A stretch of DNA of 64,000 nucleotides from Cyanobacteriota bacterium (GTDB taxonomy: Bacteria > Cyanobacteriota > Cyanobacteriia > JARCMD01). Below, in pieces: positions 9,820 to 19,295 of this stretch. The notes under the pieces were generated by a model, which was not told where the DNA came from, made no database searches, and saw nothing but the letters and a program-made list of their open reading frames with translations. The DNA is taken from NCBI GenBank assembly GCA_038326735.1, contig JBBQKH010000007.1, forward strand, positions 2,937 to 66,936. Reading direction: 5' to 3'. The position numbers and the translations under genes are program-made. The stretch's first letter is position 1; each line of letters opens with the position of its first letter.

Positions 9820-10602
9820 ATGCCCGTTCAAAAAATTTCTCTTGAAGCAGTGCAGAAGATCAGGCAGTACATCAAAGGTATTCTGATGCTACCCGACTCA
9901 GAAAATTATCCTGGTATTGGGTGGAGCAGTGAAGAAGAAATCCCAGAGCCAGAATCTTTAGATGCCCTCAGTGATTTATTTAACTTGGGTAGCCCGCCTG
10001 GGGAAGTGAGCCATAGTCCAAATACAGAGGGGCGTTGGTTTGTGAGTGCCTTGAATCCTAGAGCCGCCTTAACGAAATTACCAGGCATAAAGCTAAAAGC
10101 AGGAGTACGCATCGCCAGCTATCTCTGGCGTATGGGAGACCATGGTGTAGGTCTAACCTGGTCGATTCCTGAGGAGATAGGCACGACTTTTCATCTGGAA
10201 GCAGCGCTGGACAATTGTGGTGGACTGGATCAACCGCCACATCCGATCGGAGCCTTCGCAGACCTGATGGAGGCGATCGAAGGCGATGCTTCTCCCCATT
10301 CCTACATGATTGCTTCTATCCTGCGTCGAGAACTCAAGGAGTTTGGGGCGCTGGGCAAGCATTGTAATTGGAGCCATAGTCGCTTCATCACTGCCATCCC
10401 GCCACAAGTGAACTGGAAATGGCACACCCAAGTTCCCAAAGACTTCTCACCCAAAATGGTGATCGCTGCCGATGGCAAAGCCGCGATCGAATTCTTCACC
10501 TGTCGCATTGTCGCCCCAGTCACCCTACTGCGGCATGTAGATCAGTATTCACCAGGAGAATATAAAGCTACGAATCATGATTTGGTGATGGCAACTGTTT
10601 GA
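9820..10602 (+). CDS. hypothetical protein
   Basis: 260-aa ORF with coding-like composition and no motif I recognise. The start is uncertain; an alternative Met is at MLPDSENY. Confidence 0.4.
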   Translation: MPVQKISLEAVQKIRQYIKGILMLPDSENYPGIGWSSEEEIPEPESLDALSDLFNLGSPPGEVSHSPNTEGRWFVSALNPRAALTKLPGIKLKAGVRIASYLWRMGDHGVGLTWSIPEEIGTTFHLEAALDNCGGLDQPPHPIGAFADLMEAIEGDASPHSYMIASILRRELKEFGALGKHCNWSHSRFITAIPPQVNWKWHTQVPKDFSPKMVIAADGKAAIEFFTCRIVAPVTLLRHVDQYSPGEYKATNHDLVMATV

Positions 10603-10707
10603 GATAGGAGCATGGAATGTAAGGGTTGATGGGGAATCCATCCCTGCCCTCTGACAAACGCCTGATGTGCCCTATGATGAAGGGAGTTGTAAAGAAATGT
10701 GAAGGTT

Positions 10708-11412
10708 ATGCGAGATAAGGTTGTAGTCATTGTGGGTGCGACGGGTGGAATTGGTACGGCCCTGACCAAACAACTCTCCGAAGCAGGCGCACATCTGGTA
10801 CTGGCGGCACGGGAGAGCGATCGTCTCCTAGACCTATCCAACCAGTTGCCAGAACCGGCCCTAACTGTGCCCACAGACATTACTCAGCCCGATCAAGTCA
10901 CTGCTTTGATGGAGAAAGCCGTAGCGCAATTCGGGCAAATTGATGCTCTCGTCAATAGTGCTGGGGCGGGGATTATGAAGCCATGGAATAAGTTGGAACC
11001 CACCGACCTCAATGCTATGTTAGACCTCAACCTCAAGGGCAGTTTCTACACCTGTCAGGCGGCCGCAGAGGTGATGAAGGAGCGCAAATCGGGACACATT
11101 TGCAATGTCATTGGCATTTTGGGCAAACATTCAATGCAAATGGCGGCGGCGTACTGTGCCTCTAAATTTGGTGTGGTGGGTTTCAGCAAATGTATGGCGG
11201 AGGAGTTGCGGCGCTATGGGGTGAAGTTTACACTCTGCTACTTTGGGGGCATTGATTCGCCCTTTTGGGATGATGTGCAGCTAAAGGTCGATCGCACAAA
11301 AATGTTGCGCCCTGAAACGGCTGCCAGCGCCATCTACGCTGCCCTGACTGCCGAACCTCAAGCTGTACCGATGGAGATTAACATCCAGCCAGAGAGCCAC
11401 TTGTTTTTTTAG
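10708..11412 (+). CDS. SDR family oxidoreductase
   Basis: Cofactor motif VIVGATGGIGTAL, NSAG, and catalytic YCASKFGVVGF (YxxxK). I preferred the ATG at 10708 over the GTG at 10699. Confidence 0.8.
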   Translation: MRDKVVVIVGATGGIGTALTKQLSEAGAHLVLAARESDRLLDLSNQLPEPALTVPTDITQPDQVTALMEKAVAQFGQIDALVNSAGAGIMKPWNKLEPTDLNAMLDLNLKGSFYTCQAAAEVMKERKSGHICNVIGILGKHSMQMAAAYCASKFGVVGFSKCMAEELRRYGVKFTLCYFGGIDSPFWDDVQLKVDRTKMLRPETAASAIYAALTAEPQAVPMEINIQPESHLFF

Positions 11413-11417
11413 CTGTC

Positions 11418-11551
11418 ACTACTCAGGCTGCTAGCTCAATGTCGAGCCTGCCTTCATCCCCCAACCCCTTCTCCCACTGGGAGAAGGGGAGCCTGATTGA
11501 AGTCCCTCTTCCTGGAGAGAGAGATTTAGGGTGAGGGTAGGCTGAGTAGTT
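11418..11551 (+). mobile_element. MITE type 1b, copy C (134 bp)
   Basis: Same double-hairpin core as type 1a but with different short arms, actactcaggctgctagctcaatgtcgagcctgcc / taggctgagtagt. It is nearly identical to copy E (20471-20603) in reverse orientation. Confidence 0.75.
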
Positions 11552-11664
11552 TTAGGTCGAAACTATGCCCCTAGGTTAGGGTAAGTTCGTGGAAAAGATG
11601 ATTAGCTGATGCTTTATGGCGAGATCAGATGTGGCGATCGAATGTTGCGTGAGGACGATTCTCT

Positions 11665-12765
11665 GTGCTATTTGACCATATTCGCTTCTGTGTCGAAGAT
11701 GCTGCTGCATCGCGTAACTGGTTTGTGCAGAGGATGGGCTTTACAGCCGTAGCCAGTGAAATTAGCACTCACACTCACACGGAAGTGATTCAGAGTGGTT
11801 TAGTTGTCTTTGTCCTGACATCTCCCCGTGATGCCAGCAGTCCTGCGGCTCAGTTCTTAAGCCTCCACCCGCCTGGCGTTGAAGATGTGGTGCTGCGGGT
11901 GGCAGATGTGGAGGTGGCAATGTCGATCGCCACTGCCGCAGGGGCTAAAGTATCCCAACCCATACAGGTTGCCACCCAAGCAGGTACATCCCTCAAGTGG
12001 AGCCAAATTGTGGGGTGGGGTGGGTTAAAGCACACCCTGGTGGAGCGATCGGGGGTTGAGCCGCTGGGGACTCCGTTTCTACTGCCCTCTAGCTCCTATG
12101 GGGTTTTGCTGCCTAAGACTCATGGGATCGCCAATGGCTTTATTGGCATTGACCATGTGGTGCTGAATGTAGCCAAGGGAGATTTGGAGCCAGCAGTGGC
12201 GTGGTATCAAACGGTGTTGGGTCTGGAGCCACAGCAGCAGTTTACGATCGCCACCCCCAATTCAGCCCTGTACAGCCGCGTTTTGAATGATGCCACTGGC
12301 ACCCTCAAACTGCCTATTAATGAACCCGCCTCTGGAAACTCCCAGGTGCAAGAGTTTCTCAATCTGCATCGAGGCGCGGGCATTCAGCACATTGCCCTCC
12401 AAGCTGATGATGTTGTCACGACCGTTGCTCATTTGCGATCGGCGGGGTTGAATTTTTTGGCGGTGCCTGAAATCTACTACGATGAGGTGCGCCAGCGTTC
12501 TGGCTCATTCTTGACAGAGCAGCAGTTGCAGTCGATCGCTGCCCAGGAAATCTTAGTAGATTGGCAAGCCGATGTCCCAGCCCTATTACTGCAAACCTTT
12601 ACGCAACCAATTTTTGCTCAACCCACGTTCTTTTTTGAAGTGATTGAGCGCCAAGTCTACTGGCTCAATGGTCAGGCTCAGTCTGTGCAGGGGTTTGGGG
12701 AAATGAACTTCCGTGCCCTATTTGAGGCGATCGAGCGAGAGCAACTTAAACGGGGAAGTTTGTAA
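11665..12765 (+). CDS. hppD: 4-hydroxyphenylpyruvate dioxygenase
   Basis: FDHIRFCVEDAAASRNWF at the N-terminus, GIQHIALQADDVVTTVAHLRSAGLNFL, and the C-terminal FFFEVIER...GFGEMNFRALFEAIEREQ are typical of HPPD. GTG start. Confidence 0.8.
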   Translation: MLFDHIRFCVEDAAASRNWFVQRMGFTAVASEISTHTHTEVIQSGLVVFVLTSPRDASSPAAQFLSLHPPGVEDVVLRVADVEVAMSIATAAGAKVSQPIQVATQAGTSLKWSQIVGWGGLKHTLVERSGVEPLGTPFLLPSSSYGVLLPKTHGIANGFIGIDHVVLNVAKGDLEPAVAWYQTVLGLEPQQQFTIATPNSALYSRVLNDATGTLKLPINEPASGNSQVQEFLNLHRGAGIQHIALQADDVVTTVAHLRSAGLNFLAVPEIYYDEVRQRSGSFLTEQQLQSIAAQEILVDWQADVPALLLQTFTQPIFAQPTFFFEVIERQVYWLNGQAQSVQGFGEMNFRALFEAIEREQLKRGSL

Positions 12766-12815
12766 GCGGCAGAGGATTAGCTTAAATCTGGCGATGCTCT
12801 CTTGTTCACATCCCA

Positions 12816-13685
12816 TCAAATTTCGTCTGGGTTGACCCCGATCGCCCGTAAATGTTCAGCGAGACGCTCTGCTCTCTGGCGTTCTGAATCAGCGCGTTGC
12901 CGCTCCACCTCTCTGCCTTGACGTTCTGATTCAGCACGTTGTTGCTCAGCCTCTCTACCTTGGCGTTCTGAATCAGCGCGTTGCCGCTCCACCTCCCTGC
13001 CTTGGTGTTCTGAATCAGCACGTTGTCGCTCAATCTCCCGTCCCTCTGCACCCGTGGGGATAAGTTGACCTTGCCGATCGCACCAACGCAACCACTGGCT
13101 CGGCACCCCCTCAAACTCTCCTTCCCAGAGCATTAACCCCAAGCCTGCATCCTCCATCCAGCAAGGTGGGGAAAGCTCGACGTAATGCTTGCCCCTCAGT
13201 TCAAAGACTTTGAGCGGTTGACCCGCCATCTGACCCGCCTCCTGAATCTGCTCCAGCGGGTCGAAAACGGCATAGTAGGCAATGCCCATGCGGGCGTAGA
13301 TTTCTCTTTTGCTCGGTTTCTCTAGCGCTCTGCTCACTAGCTCGTTGCCCTTGCGATTCGAGACAATTTCGATCACGACTTCTGGAAACTTGCCAAAGCG
13401 CCACACCAAATAGGAGCGATTTTGCTTCTGGCTCCAGTCCGCAGGCATGGTGACTCCCAGACTGAGGAAGACATCGGGAGCCATGCCTTCTTCTGTAGCA
13501 CTGGAGAAGATGCCCACATTGGCAGCAGCAATGAAGGCTTCGCTGGGATGCCAGGAACTGTAGAGCGGTTCGACGAGGAGTCGCTGCTGTTTCTCGGTCT
13601 GAAAGTTGTCCAAGGGGCGATCGTCTTCAATAACGAGGTGACTGACATCGGGGGTGACGATTTCTTCTAGAAGCTGGGAGGTCAT
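12816..13685 (-). CDS. Uma2 (DUF820) family endonuclease with a C-terminal charged repeat tail
   Basis: The pattern PDVFLSLGV...VVIEIVS...KREIYARMGIAYYAVFDP is PD-(D/E)xK Uma2-like. The C-terminus has four 14-aa GRE(V/I/A)E(R/Q)QRA(D/E)SE(R/H)Q units. I preferred the ATG at 13685 over the TTG at 13694. Confidence 0.7.
   Translation of the reverse strand: MTSQLLEEIVTPDVSHLVIEDDRPLDNFQTEKQQRLLVEPLYSSWHPSEAFIAAANVGIFSSATEEGMAPDVFLSLGVTMPADWSQKQNRSYLVWRFGKFPEVVIEIVSNRKGNELVSRALEKPSKREIYARMGIAYYAVFDPLEQIQEAGQMAGQPLKVFELRGKHYVELSPPCWMEDAGLGLMLWEGEFEGVPSQWLRWCDRQGQLIPTGAEGREIERQRADSEHQGREVERQRADSERQGREAEQQRAESERQGREVERQRADSERQRAERLAEHLRAIGVNPDEI
12876..13043 (-). repeat. 42-bp in-frame tandem repeat, about 4 units, inside the Uma2 gene
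   Basis: The DNA unit ...gcgttctgaatcagcgcgttgccgctccacctc(t/c)ctgcctt... recurs head to tail. It encodes the 14-aa charged repeat. Confidence 0.75.
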
Positions 13686-13934
13686 AGCTGGCAACCAGAA
13701 AGCATGATCTATTATGGTCTAAATTTTCTACCCATGGCACCGGAGTGTTGCGCGTCACGCTGATTTTGGTAAATTGGCCGCTTTTACTGAAACGCCCTAA
13801 CCGCAGCAGCTTCCCGCAAGATATCAAACACGCAAGATATCAAATCGGTTCTTAGTTTGAGGAGGCATTCAGCGGTAAACTAAGCGTTGGACGATCGATC
13901 GCTAACTTATTCACCCCAAAGAGTCTCTCTCTCT

Positions 13935-15284
13935 ATGACCCACTATATTTCGCCTAAATTTTTAGATGCCTTAGCCATTCACATCACTAAAAATTTCCTT
14001 GACCTGCCAGGGGTGAGAGTGCCGCTGATTTTAGGGATTCACGGGCGGAAGGGCGAAGGGAAATCCTACCAGTGCGAGTTGGTGTTCGATCGCATGGGAA
14101 TTGAGGTTATTCATATGTCAGCCGGAGAGTTGGAAAGCCCCGATGCTGGCGACCCAGCCCGACTGATTCGGCTCCGCTATCGGGAAGCAGCGGACTTAAT
14201 TAAGGTCAGGGGCAAAATTTGCGTTTTGATGATCAACGATTTGGATGCAGGCGCAGGACGGGTTGATCACTCCACTCAGTACACCGTGAACACCCAAATC
14301 GTCAACGCTACGTTGATGAATATTGCTGACAACCCCACAGATGTCCAGCTTCCCGGTAGCTACGATTCGACCCCCCTGCCGCGTATTCCGATTATTGTTA
14401 CCGGAAATGACCTCTCTACTCTCTATGCACCATTAATTCGTGATGGCCGCATGGCGAAGTTTTACTGGGAACCCAATCGGGACGATCGCATTGGCATTGT
14501 GGGTGGCATTTTTGCGCCAGACAATTTTTCCCAGCGTGATATTGAACAACTTATCGATACCTTTGTGGGGCAATCGATCGACTTCTTCAGCGCCCTCCGC
14601 GCCCGCCTCTACGACGAACAAATTCGGCAATTCATCTATGACACTGGGCTGGAAAAAGTCTCTCTGCGTGTCGTCAACAGCGCCGAGGGCCCGCCCGTAT
14701 TCCGCAAACCCGATTTCAAGCTGCCCCACGTCATTGAAATAGGTCATCTGATGGTGCAGGAACAGCAGCGAGTGCAAGACTCGCGGCTCTCCCAAGAATA
14801 CAACCAGGGTGCAGCCTTCAATGCCCAGTCTGCTGCTCCCCGCCCTGAACCCAGTTCCTTCCGATCGGGGAGTAATAGTGGGAATGGGGCTAGCTCCTCC
14901 AGCAGCGGCTCTGGTTCCTATGCCCCCACAGAGCAACGATCGCCCCAATTTGGTGCATCCCCATCTCCTGCATCCCAACCGACGTTTGTGCAGTCCCAGC
15001 CCACCACGCGCTTAAGTGCAGAGGTGCAAAATCAGGTGCGGCAACTGTTGGCTCAGGGCAACCGCATTGGAGTGGAGCATGTCACAGAGCGCCGATTCCG
15101 CCTCAACTCTTGGCAGAGCGGCAATCTGCCTCAAACCAACAATGGCACCGAAGCCCTCACCGCCGTAGAAGCTTTCCTGAATGAGCATCCCGACGAATAT
15201 GTCCGCTTGATTGGCATTGATATCAACACCCGCCGCCGTGTCCTAGAAGTCATTGTTCAGCGACCTGCTAGTTCAGCCGGGTAA
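13935..15284 (+). CDS. rca: Rubisco activase (AAA+) with a C-terminal RbcS-like (SSUL) domain
   Basis: VPLILGIHGRKGEGKSYQCELVF (Walker A), VLMINDLDAGAGR (Walker B), and a Ser/Pro-rich linker. The tail RLSAEVQNQVRQLLAQGNRIGVEHV...EYVRLIGIDINTRRRVLEVIVQRP resembles the Rubisco small subunit. I chose the ATG at 13935 within track ORF 13887..15284. Confidence 0.85.
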   Translation: MTHYISPKFLDALAIHITKNFLDLPGVRVPLILGIHGRKGEGKSYQCELVFDRMGIEVIHMSAGELESPDAGDPARLIRLRYREAADLIKVRGKICVLMINDLDAGAGRVDHSTQYTVNTQIVNATLMNIADNPTDVQLPGSYDSTPLPRIPIIVTGNDLSTLYAPLIRDGRMAKFYWEPNRDDRIGIVGGIFAPDNFSQRDIEQLIDTFVGQSIDFFSALRARLYDEQIRQFIYDTGLEKVSLRVVNSAEGPPVFRKPDFKLPHVIEIGHLMVQEQQRVQDSRLSQEYNQGAAFNAQSAAPRPEPSSFRSGSNSGNGASSSSSGSGSYAPTEQRSPQFGASPSPASQPTFVQSQPTTRLSAEVQNQVRQLLAQGNRIGVEHVTERRFRLNSWQSGNLPQTNNGTEALTAVEAFLNEHPDEYVRLIGIDINTRRRVLEVIVQRPASSAG

Positions 15285-15305
15285 GAATCAAGCTATAATT
15301 CAGTT

Positions 15306-15399
15306 GATCCGGACCCACGCGATCGTAACGCCCAAACCTTGTCAGGACCGGAAGGTAGCAGCAACACGGGATGCTTGTGGTAGGCGTGGCATCCGGGTC
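15306..15399 (+). ncRNA. ffs: signal recognition particle RNA (4.5S type)
   Basis: Contains the conserved domain IV sequence gtcaggaccGGAAggtagcagc. The 5' end gatccgga...ccacgc pairs with the 3' end gcgtgg...tccgggtc to close a long helix. It lies in an otherwise ORF-free spacer. Confidence 0.75.
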
Positions 15400-15454
15400 A
15401 CCTCAAACCTTTGCCCCAAGAGCTTAAAGTTCATCCCTCACGAGCTTAATTGTT

Positions 15455-15826
15455 ATGGCTGGTCTTGGCGATATGTTTCAAAAAGCGGTTTACCTTGGCA
15501 TTGGACTCGCGTCCTATGCAGGTGAGAAGGCTGGCACCAAGTTCTCAGAACTGCGGGGGCAAGCCCAGAAACTGGCGGATGAAATGGTGGAGCGCGGTGA
15601 AATGTCCGCCGATGAAGCCCGTCGGTTTGTGGATGAAGCGATGCACCGCGCCCAGCAATCTCAACAAACGGTTGTCAAAGCAGATGAGAAGCCAACCTCT
15701 GAACCACGCCGCATCGAAATTTTGTCGGATGACGAAGAACCAGTGACAGTTGACCCCAATGAAGATGCTTTGCGTCAGCAATTGCAAGATTTGCAAGATG
15801 AGTTGCGCCGCTTGAAGCAGGATTAA
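15455..15826 (+). CDS. phasin-like small helical protein
   Basis: 123 aa. MAGLGDMFQKAVYLGIGLASYAGEKAG...KLADEMVERGEMSADEARRFVDE matches the cyanobacterial phasin-family pattern as I recall it. Confidence 0.5.
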   Translation: MAGLGDMFQKAVYLGIGLASYAGEKAGTKFSELRGQAQKLADEMVERGEMSADEARRFVDEAMHRAQQSQQTVVKADEKPTSEPRRIEILSDDEEPVTVDPNEDALRQQLQDLQDELRRLKQD

Positions 15827-15876
15827 GTGGGACAAATGCAATTAGGGATCTGCGTAGAAATAAAGTACTAAATATC

Positions 15877-16054
15877 AATACTTCGGACAGTTTTTGTAGA
15901 GGTGCTGGAAACCCTGTTGTACAGCCAGATAGACCCTCACCCTAAATCCCTCTCCCAAGAGGGGAGAGGGACTTCAATCCGGCTCCCCTTCTCCTAGAAC
16001 GGGAGAAGGGGTTGGGGGATGAGGGTTAGCTATCGCAAAAATGTCCGGACTATT
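15877..16054 (-). mobile_element. MITE type 1a, copy D (178 bp, inverted relative to copy A)
   Basis: Reverse complement of copy A, with ends aatacttcggacagtttttg ... caaaaatgtccggactatt and the same core. Confidence 0.8.
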
Positions 16055-16246
16055 GAAATATATAGATCGCCAAGATGCGTTACTCTACTGCTAACTCATC
16101 TTCCGATCGCTCCAACCAGTGCATCATTTACAGCGGTTTTCGATCAAACCTGCCACAAAAGTAAATGACGCAACTGTCTCTGGCTATAGCTTTCAACATT
16201 CCCGTCTATGGCACGGTTGATAGCAATCTGCTGTGACCGTAAGTTT

Positions 16247-17122
16247 CTAAATCTGCTCAAACTCACCAAATGCTCTGGCATGTCCGACATTGCGATCGAC
16301 CAGAAAATAACGGGGCGGTTCGTAGTGATTCAAGGCAGCGTAAGGTTCACAGAATCGATCGCCTACCAGGTCTTCTCGAACAAAAAATGCATTCACCCCG
16401 CTGAAACTGCATCCCACGAGCCGATAGCCTTTTTGTGCGGCAAGTTTTTCTAAGGAAAAGAGGCTGGCACCAAAGTAGGTGGTTTGGCTGCTGCTGTAGT
16501 TGGGGTTGTAGGTCATCACCCAGGAAATGGGTGGGGGATAGGTCGCGTTGTATTCAATCACCACCACTCTAGGGCGATATTTAGTAATAGCTTGCCACAC
16601 CCAATAATCGTTGCCGTCAATGTCAATGGATAGGAGATCAAAGGTCTCCGGCACTTGCATTTCATCCAGAAAGATTTCGATGTTTTCGGGATAAACAAAG
16701 GCAGGTTTAAGGTGTAGATGATGCTGGACGATCGCCGCTTTGAGGTGCGTTTTAATGCGATCGACAAAGACTGGATTTGCTTCAATCCACAAGCCCTTCC
16801 AATGTTGGATTAACAAATAGGCGGTGTTATTTTCCAACCCATCTCCAACTCCAAATTCGACAAAGTAATGATGCTCTATGCCAATTCTTTGAAAAATCTC
16901 AGCCAGGATACCGTCTTCACCGCATTGAGAATAAACCTTGCGTTCATACTGATTCAATCGCTGCGGATCTGCATAACGAGGATTCTGATCAAGATGGGTT
17001 TTTAAGTAGGCTTCAATCTCAAATTCAACTAGACGTTGACTGTAATCTTGCAGTGATTTGATTTGATTCAGGCTGCCTAGCCAAGAACGATAATTCGTGC
17101 GTAATCGGCGTAAAAAATCCAT
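16247..17122 (-). CDS. FkbM-like SAM-dependent methyltransferase (tentative)
   Basis: The motifs YSQCGEDGILAEIF and FVEFGVGDGLENNTAYLL...WKGLWIEANP resemble FkbM-type methyltransferases. Confidence 0.5.
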   Translation of the reverse strand: MDFLRRLRTNYRSWLGSLNQIKSLQDYSQRLVEFEIEAYLKTHLDQNPRYADPQRLNQYERKVYSQCGEDGILAEIFQRIGIEHHYFVEFGVGDGLENNTAYLLIQHWKGLWIEANPVFVDRIKTHLKAAIVQHHLHLKPAFVYPENIEIFLDEMQVPETFDLLSIDIDGNDYWVWQAITKYRPRVVVIEYNATYPPPISWVMTYNPNYSSSQTTYFGASLFSLEKLAAQKGYRLVGCSFSGVNAFFVREDLVGDRFCEPYAALNHYEPPRYFLVDRNVGHARAFGEFEQI

Positions 17123-17137
17123 GGGAATAACGTTAAT

Positions 17138-18070
17138 TCACGGAATTAATAATACATCGGTATGGTAAGCAGAACTAGAAAATAAATAGTGAACTAAATC
17201 TTGCATTTCAGTAATTTTTCGCGGCTTGGCTTTTGTCCCAAGGGTTTGAAAATCCGTCGCTGTAATCATACTCGTAAACGATCGGGTGCAACAGTCAATA
17301 AACCTGTCCATACCGCCATGAGCTTGTAATCCTAGGGGCCAAACTTCCACCCATAGAGGAGTTCCAGCTTGCCAAATTGCCGATCCAGACTCAATGACAT
17401 CGCTTTCAAATCCCTGGGTATCGCTCCAGACCAGAGCAACTTGGGTCGGTGCTACGTCCTGTTGGTTGATAAATTCGTCTAGGGAAATGGCTTTTACAGA
17501 AAAGATTTTACAATCGCGATCGGCGACCCCAAATCCTTGGGAGTGATTCTTCACTTCACTCTGTCCGCTATCATAGGGCACAATCATTTCTAGTTGTTTT
17601 GTGGTTGCAGCGATCGCCAAATTGAGGCAAGAGATCCGCCCTTGCAAATGATTTTGTGCGACATTTTGTTGCAGTAATTTGAAGGTGTCAGGAACCGGTT
17701 CAAAAGCAAACAAATTCTTGTTGGTTTGTAAGACTAAAGGAATACACGCAGCACCGATATTGGCTCCCACATTCATCACAATGGGGCGTTGATTCCAGTC
17801 GGCATAATTGTTTTCCAGCCACGTTAAGACGATAGGTAAAATATTAGTGTGATGCTCACCTTCAATAAACAACGCACTCGTTACGTTATCTCCCACAAAG
17901 GCCGACCATTTAATATCTTGGCGCTGAAAGGTGACACTATCAGCATTGCCAATCAGAAAATGATAGGCCATGTATTGCCGCGACTGGGTTCGCTGCTCTG
18001 TCTTCTGAGGAGATAGCGCTTTTGCTAATTGACTTATAACAAATGCGTAGAACTTTAATTTAGGAATCAT
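17138..18070 (-). CDS. FkbM family methyltransferase
   Basis: The VMNVGANIGAACIPL motif, FEPVPDTF and later IDC-type segments fit the FkbM family. Its start overlaps the upstream stop (ATGA at 18067-18070). Confidence 0.6.
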   Translation of the reverse strand: MIPKLKFYAFVISQLAKALSPQKTEQRTQSRQYMAYHFLIGNADSVTFQRQDIKWSAFVGDNVTSALFIEGEHHTNILPIVLTWLENNYADWNQRPIVMNVGANIGAACIPLVLQTNKNLFAFEPVPDTFKLLQQNVAQNHLQGRISCLNLAIAATTKQLEMIVPYDSGQSEVKNHSQGFGVADRDCKIFSVKAISLDEFINQQDVAPTQVALVWSDTQGFESDVIESGSAIWQAGTPLWVEVWPLGLQAHGGMDRFIDCCTRSFTSMITATDFQTLGTKAKPRKITEMQDLVHYLFSSSAYHTDVLLIP

Positions 18071-19278
18071 GGGTTTTTACTAACATTGAAACTAGTGATC
18101 CCTGATGAGGTTGCTGCTTGCAAATAGGTCAAAAACTGCTGGCGCAACCTAACAGGATTAAAGTCCCGATCGCCCGCTACGATCGCCCCCCCACTCAATC
18201 TTTCCCTGGTGTCCGCGTCCTTCAGTTGATTCAATGCCTCCCGCCAGGCTCCGGGATCATTCTCTGTGACCACCAAGGTGGCATCACAATTTTGCAATCC
18301 CCACTGTACCCCAGTTGCATAGGATGGCCCCACGATTAAAATTGGCATTCCCAAAGCCAAATATTCGGTGAGTTTGCTGGGAAAGTGGGTTTTGTAGAGA
18401 TCTTGTTGCCCGTTGTCTTCCGACCAGCAGTAGGGCAGGATTAGCCCATCGCATTCCTGTTTGATTCTGAGCCAAGTTTGATCTGGTTGCACCGCGTAGT
18501 CGCCGTAGGTCACTCCATCTGGTGCCATACCGAGGGATCGATCGCGGGAGTAGACCCGGAGCGCAGTGCCCGTTTCCCGAAACGACGGCAACATTCGGCT
18601 CAGTTGCTCGCCATACCCATAGGCTAGGGTGCCCGCATAACCCAAAGTGAGCGTTCCCGGTTGCTTAAGCTGGCGCACATTAGCCAAGGGACGACACACT
18701 AATGCTTCAGAACGGTTGGGATAAAGCACATTGCCTGAAATGCCATACCGTTTCACCAAAAAGTCTCTCATTTGGGGACTGACGCACAGGCGCTGGGTGG
18801 CATAACGATAGATCTCAGCGTTTCGATCGCGCTGGGGCTGAAGTGCCCACGGATAAACGGGTTCAAACACTTCAGGAATGTCGTGAACGATCAGCACCAA
18901 CGGCAGGCGGTGGGATTTGGCATAGCGGTAGGCCAAATGGTAGTAGGGCTGCACCTCCATCACCGAGAGAATAACTTCTGGTTGAAAGCCCTGGAGCCGC
19001 TGTTGAATTGAGGCGAGGATGAGTTGGGGCAATAGGTTGATGGATCGCAACGATCGCACTAACCGCGCCAATCGAGTCCGGTTGAATCGTTCCAAGGGCA
19101 AGTTTAATTCTTCGTAGCGACAGGTCAGGCACTCTGCCTCTGCCGTAGCGGGCGCACCGATGACGAGGAGCTTGTCGGGTGGATAATCTTTTAGTAGGCG
19201 TAATAACAGAATAGAGCCTGCCAAGATGCTCTGGGGCACCAGTTCCGAAATGATCAGGAGCCTGGGAAGTTCGTTCAT
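18067..19278 (-). CDS. glycosyltransferase-like protein (paralog of 20603..21787)
   Basis: Shares LPRLL(I/Y)(I/L)S(E/D) at the N-terminus and FPSKLT(E/D)Y.A.G.P.LI.GP near the C-terminus with the ORF at 20603. I chose the ATG at 19278 (MNELPRLL), which leaves 17 nt after the upstream stop. Confidence 0.55.
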   Translation of the reverse strand: MNELPRLLIISELVPQSILAGSILLLRLLKDYPPDKLLVIGAPATAEAECLTCRYEELNLPLERFNRTRLARLVRSLRSINLLPQLILASIQQRLQGFQPEVILSVMEVQPYYHLAYRYAKSHRLPLVLIVHDIPEVFEPVYPWALQPQRDRNAEIYRYATQRLCVSPQMRDFLVKRYGISGNVLYPNRSEALVCRPLANVRQLKQPGTLTLGYAGTLAYGYGEQLSRMLPSFRETGTALRVYSRDRSLGMAPDGVTYGDYAVQPDQTWLRIKQECDGLILPYCWSEDNGQQDLYKTHFPSKLTEYLALGMPILIVGPSYATGVQWGLQNCDATLVVTENDPGAWREALNQLKDADTRERLSGGAIVAGDRDFNPVRLRQQFLTYLQAATSSGITSFNVSKNP

Positions 19279-19295
19279 GGCTGAGTTGTCCCTAT

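Noticed and set aside
3708-12765. FAH-family hydrolase plus HPPD as a tyrosine/homogentisate catabolic operon
   Set aside because: The two genes are 7 kb apart and separated by unrelated genes including rpsF. No homogentisate dioxygenase or maleylacetoacetate isomerase is present. HPPD in cyanobacteria is equally consistent with prenylquinone or tocopherol synthesis.
12806-13114. 102-aa minus-strand ORF overlapping the Uma2 3' end
   Set aside because: It is an alternative frame through the 42-bp tandem repeats. The Uma2 frame is continuous with a recognisable nuclease domain.
14433-14978. 181-aa antisense ORF and other shadow ORFs across the rca linker
   Set aside because: They are produced by the low-complexity Ser/Pro/Gly-rich linker of the Rubisco activase gene and carry no independent signals.
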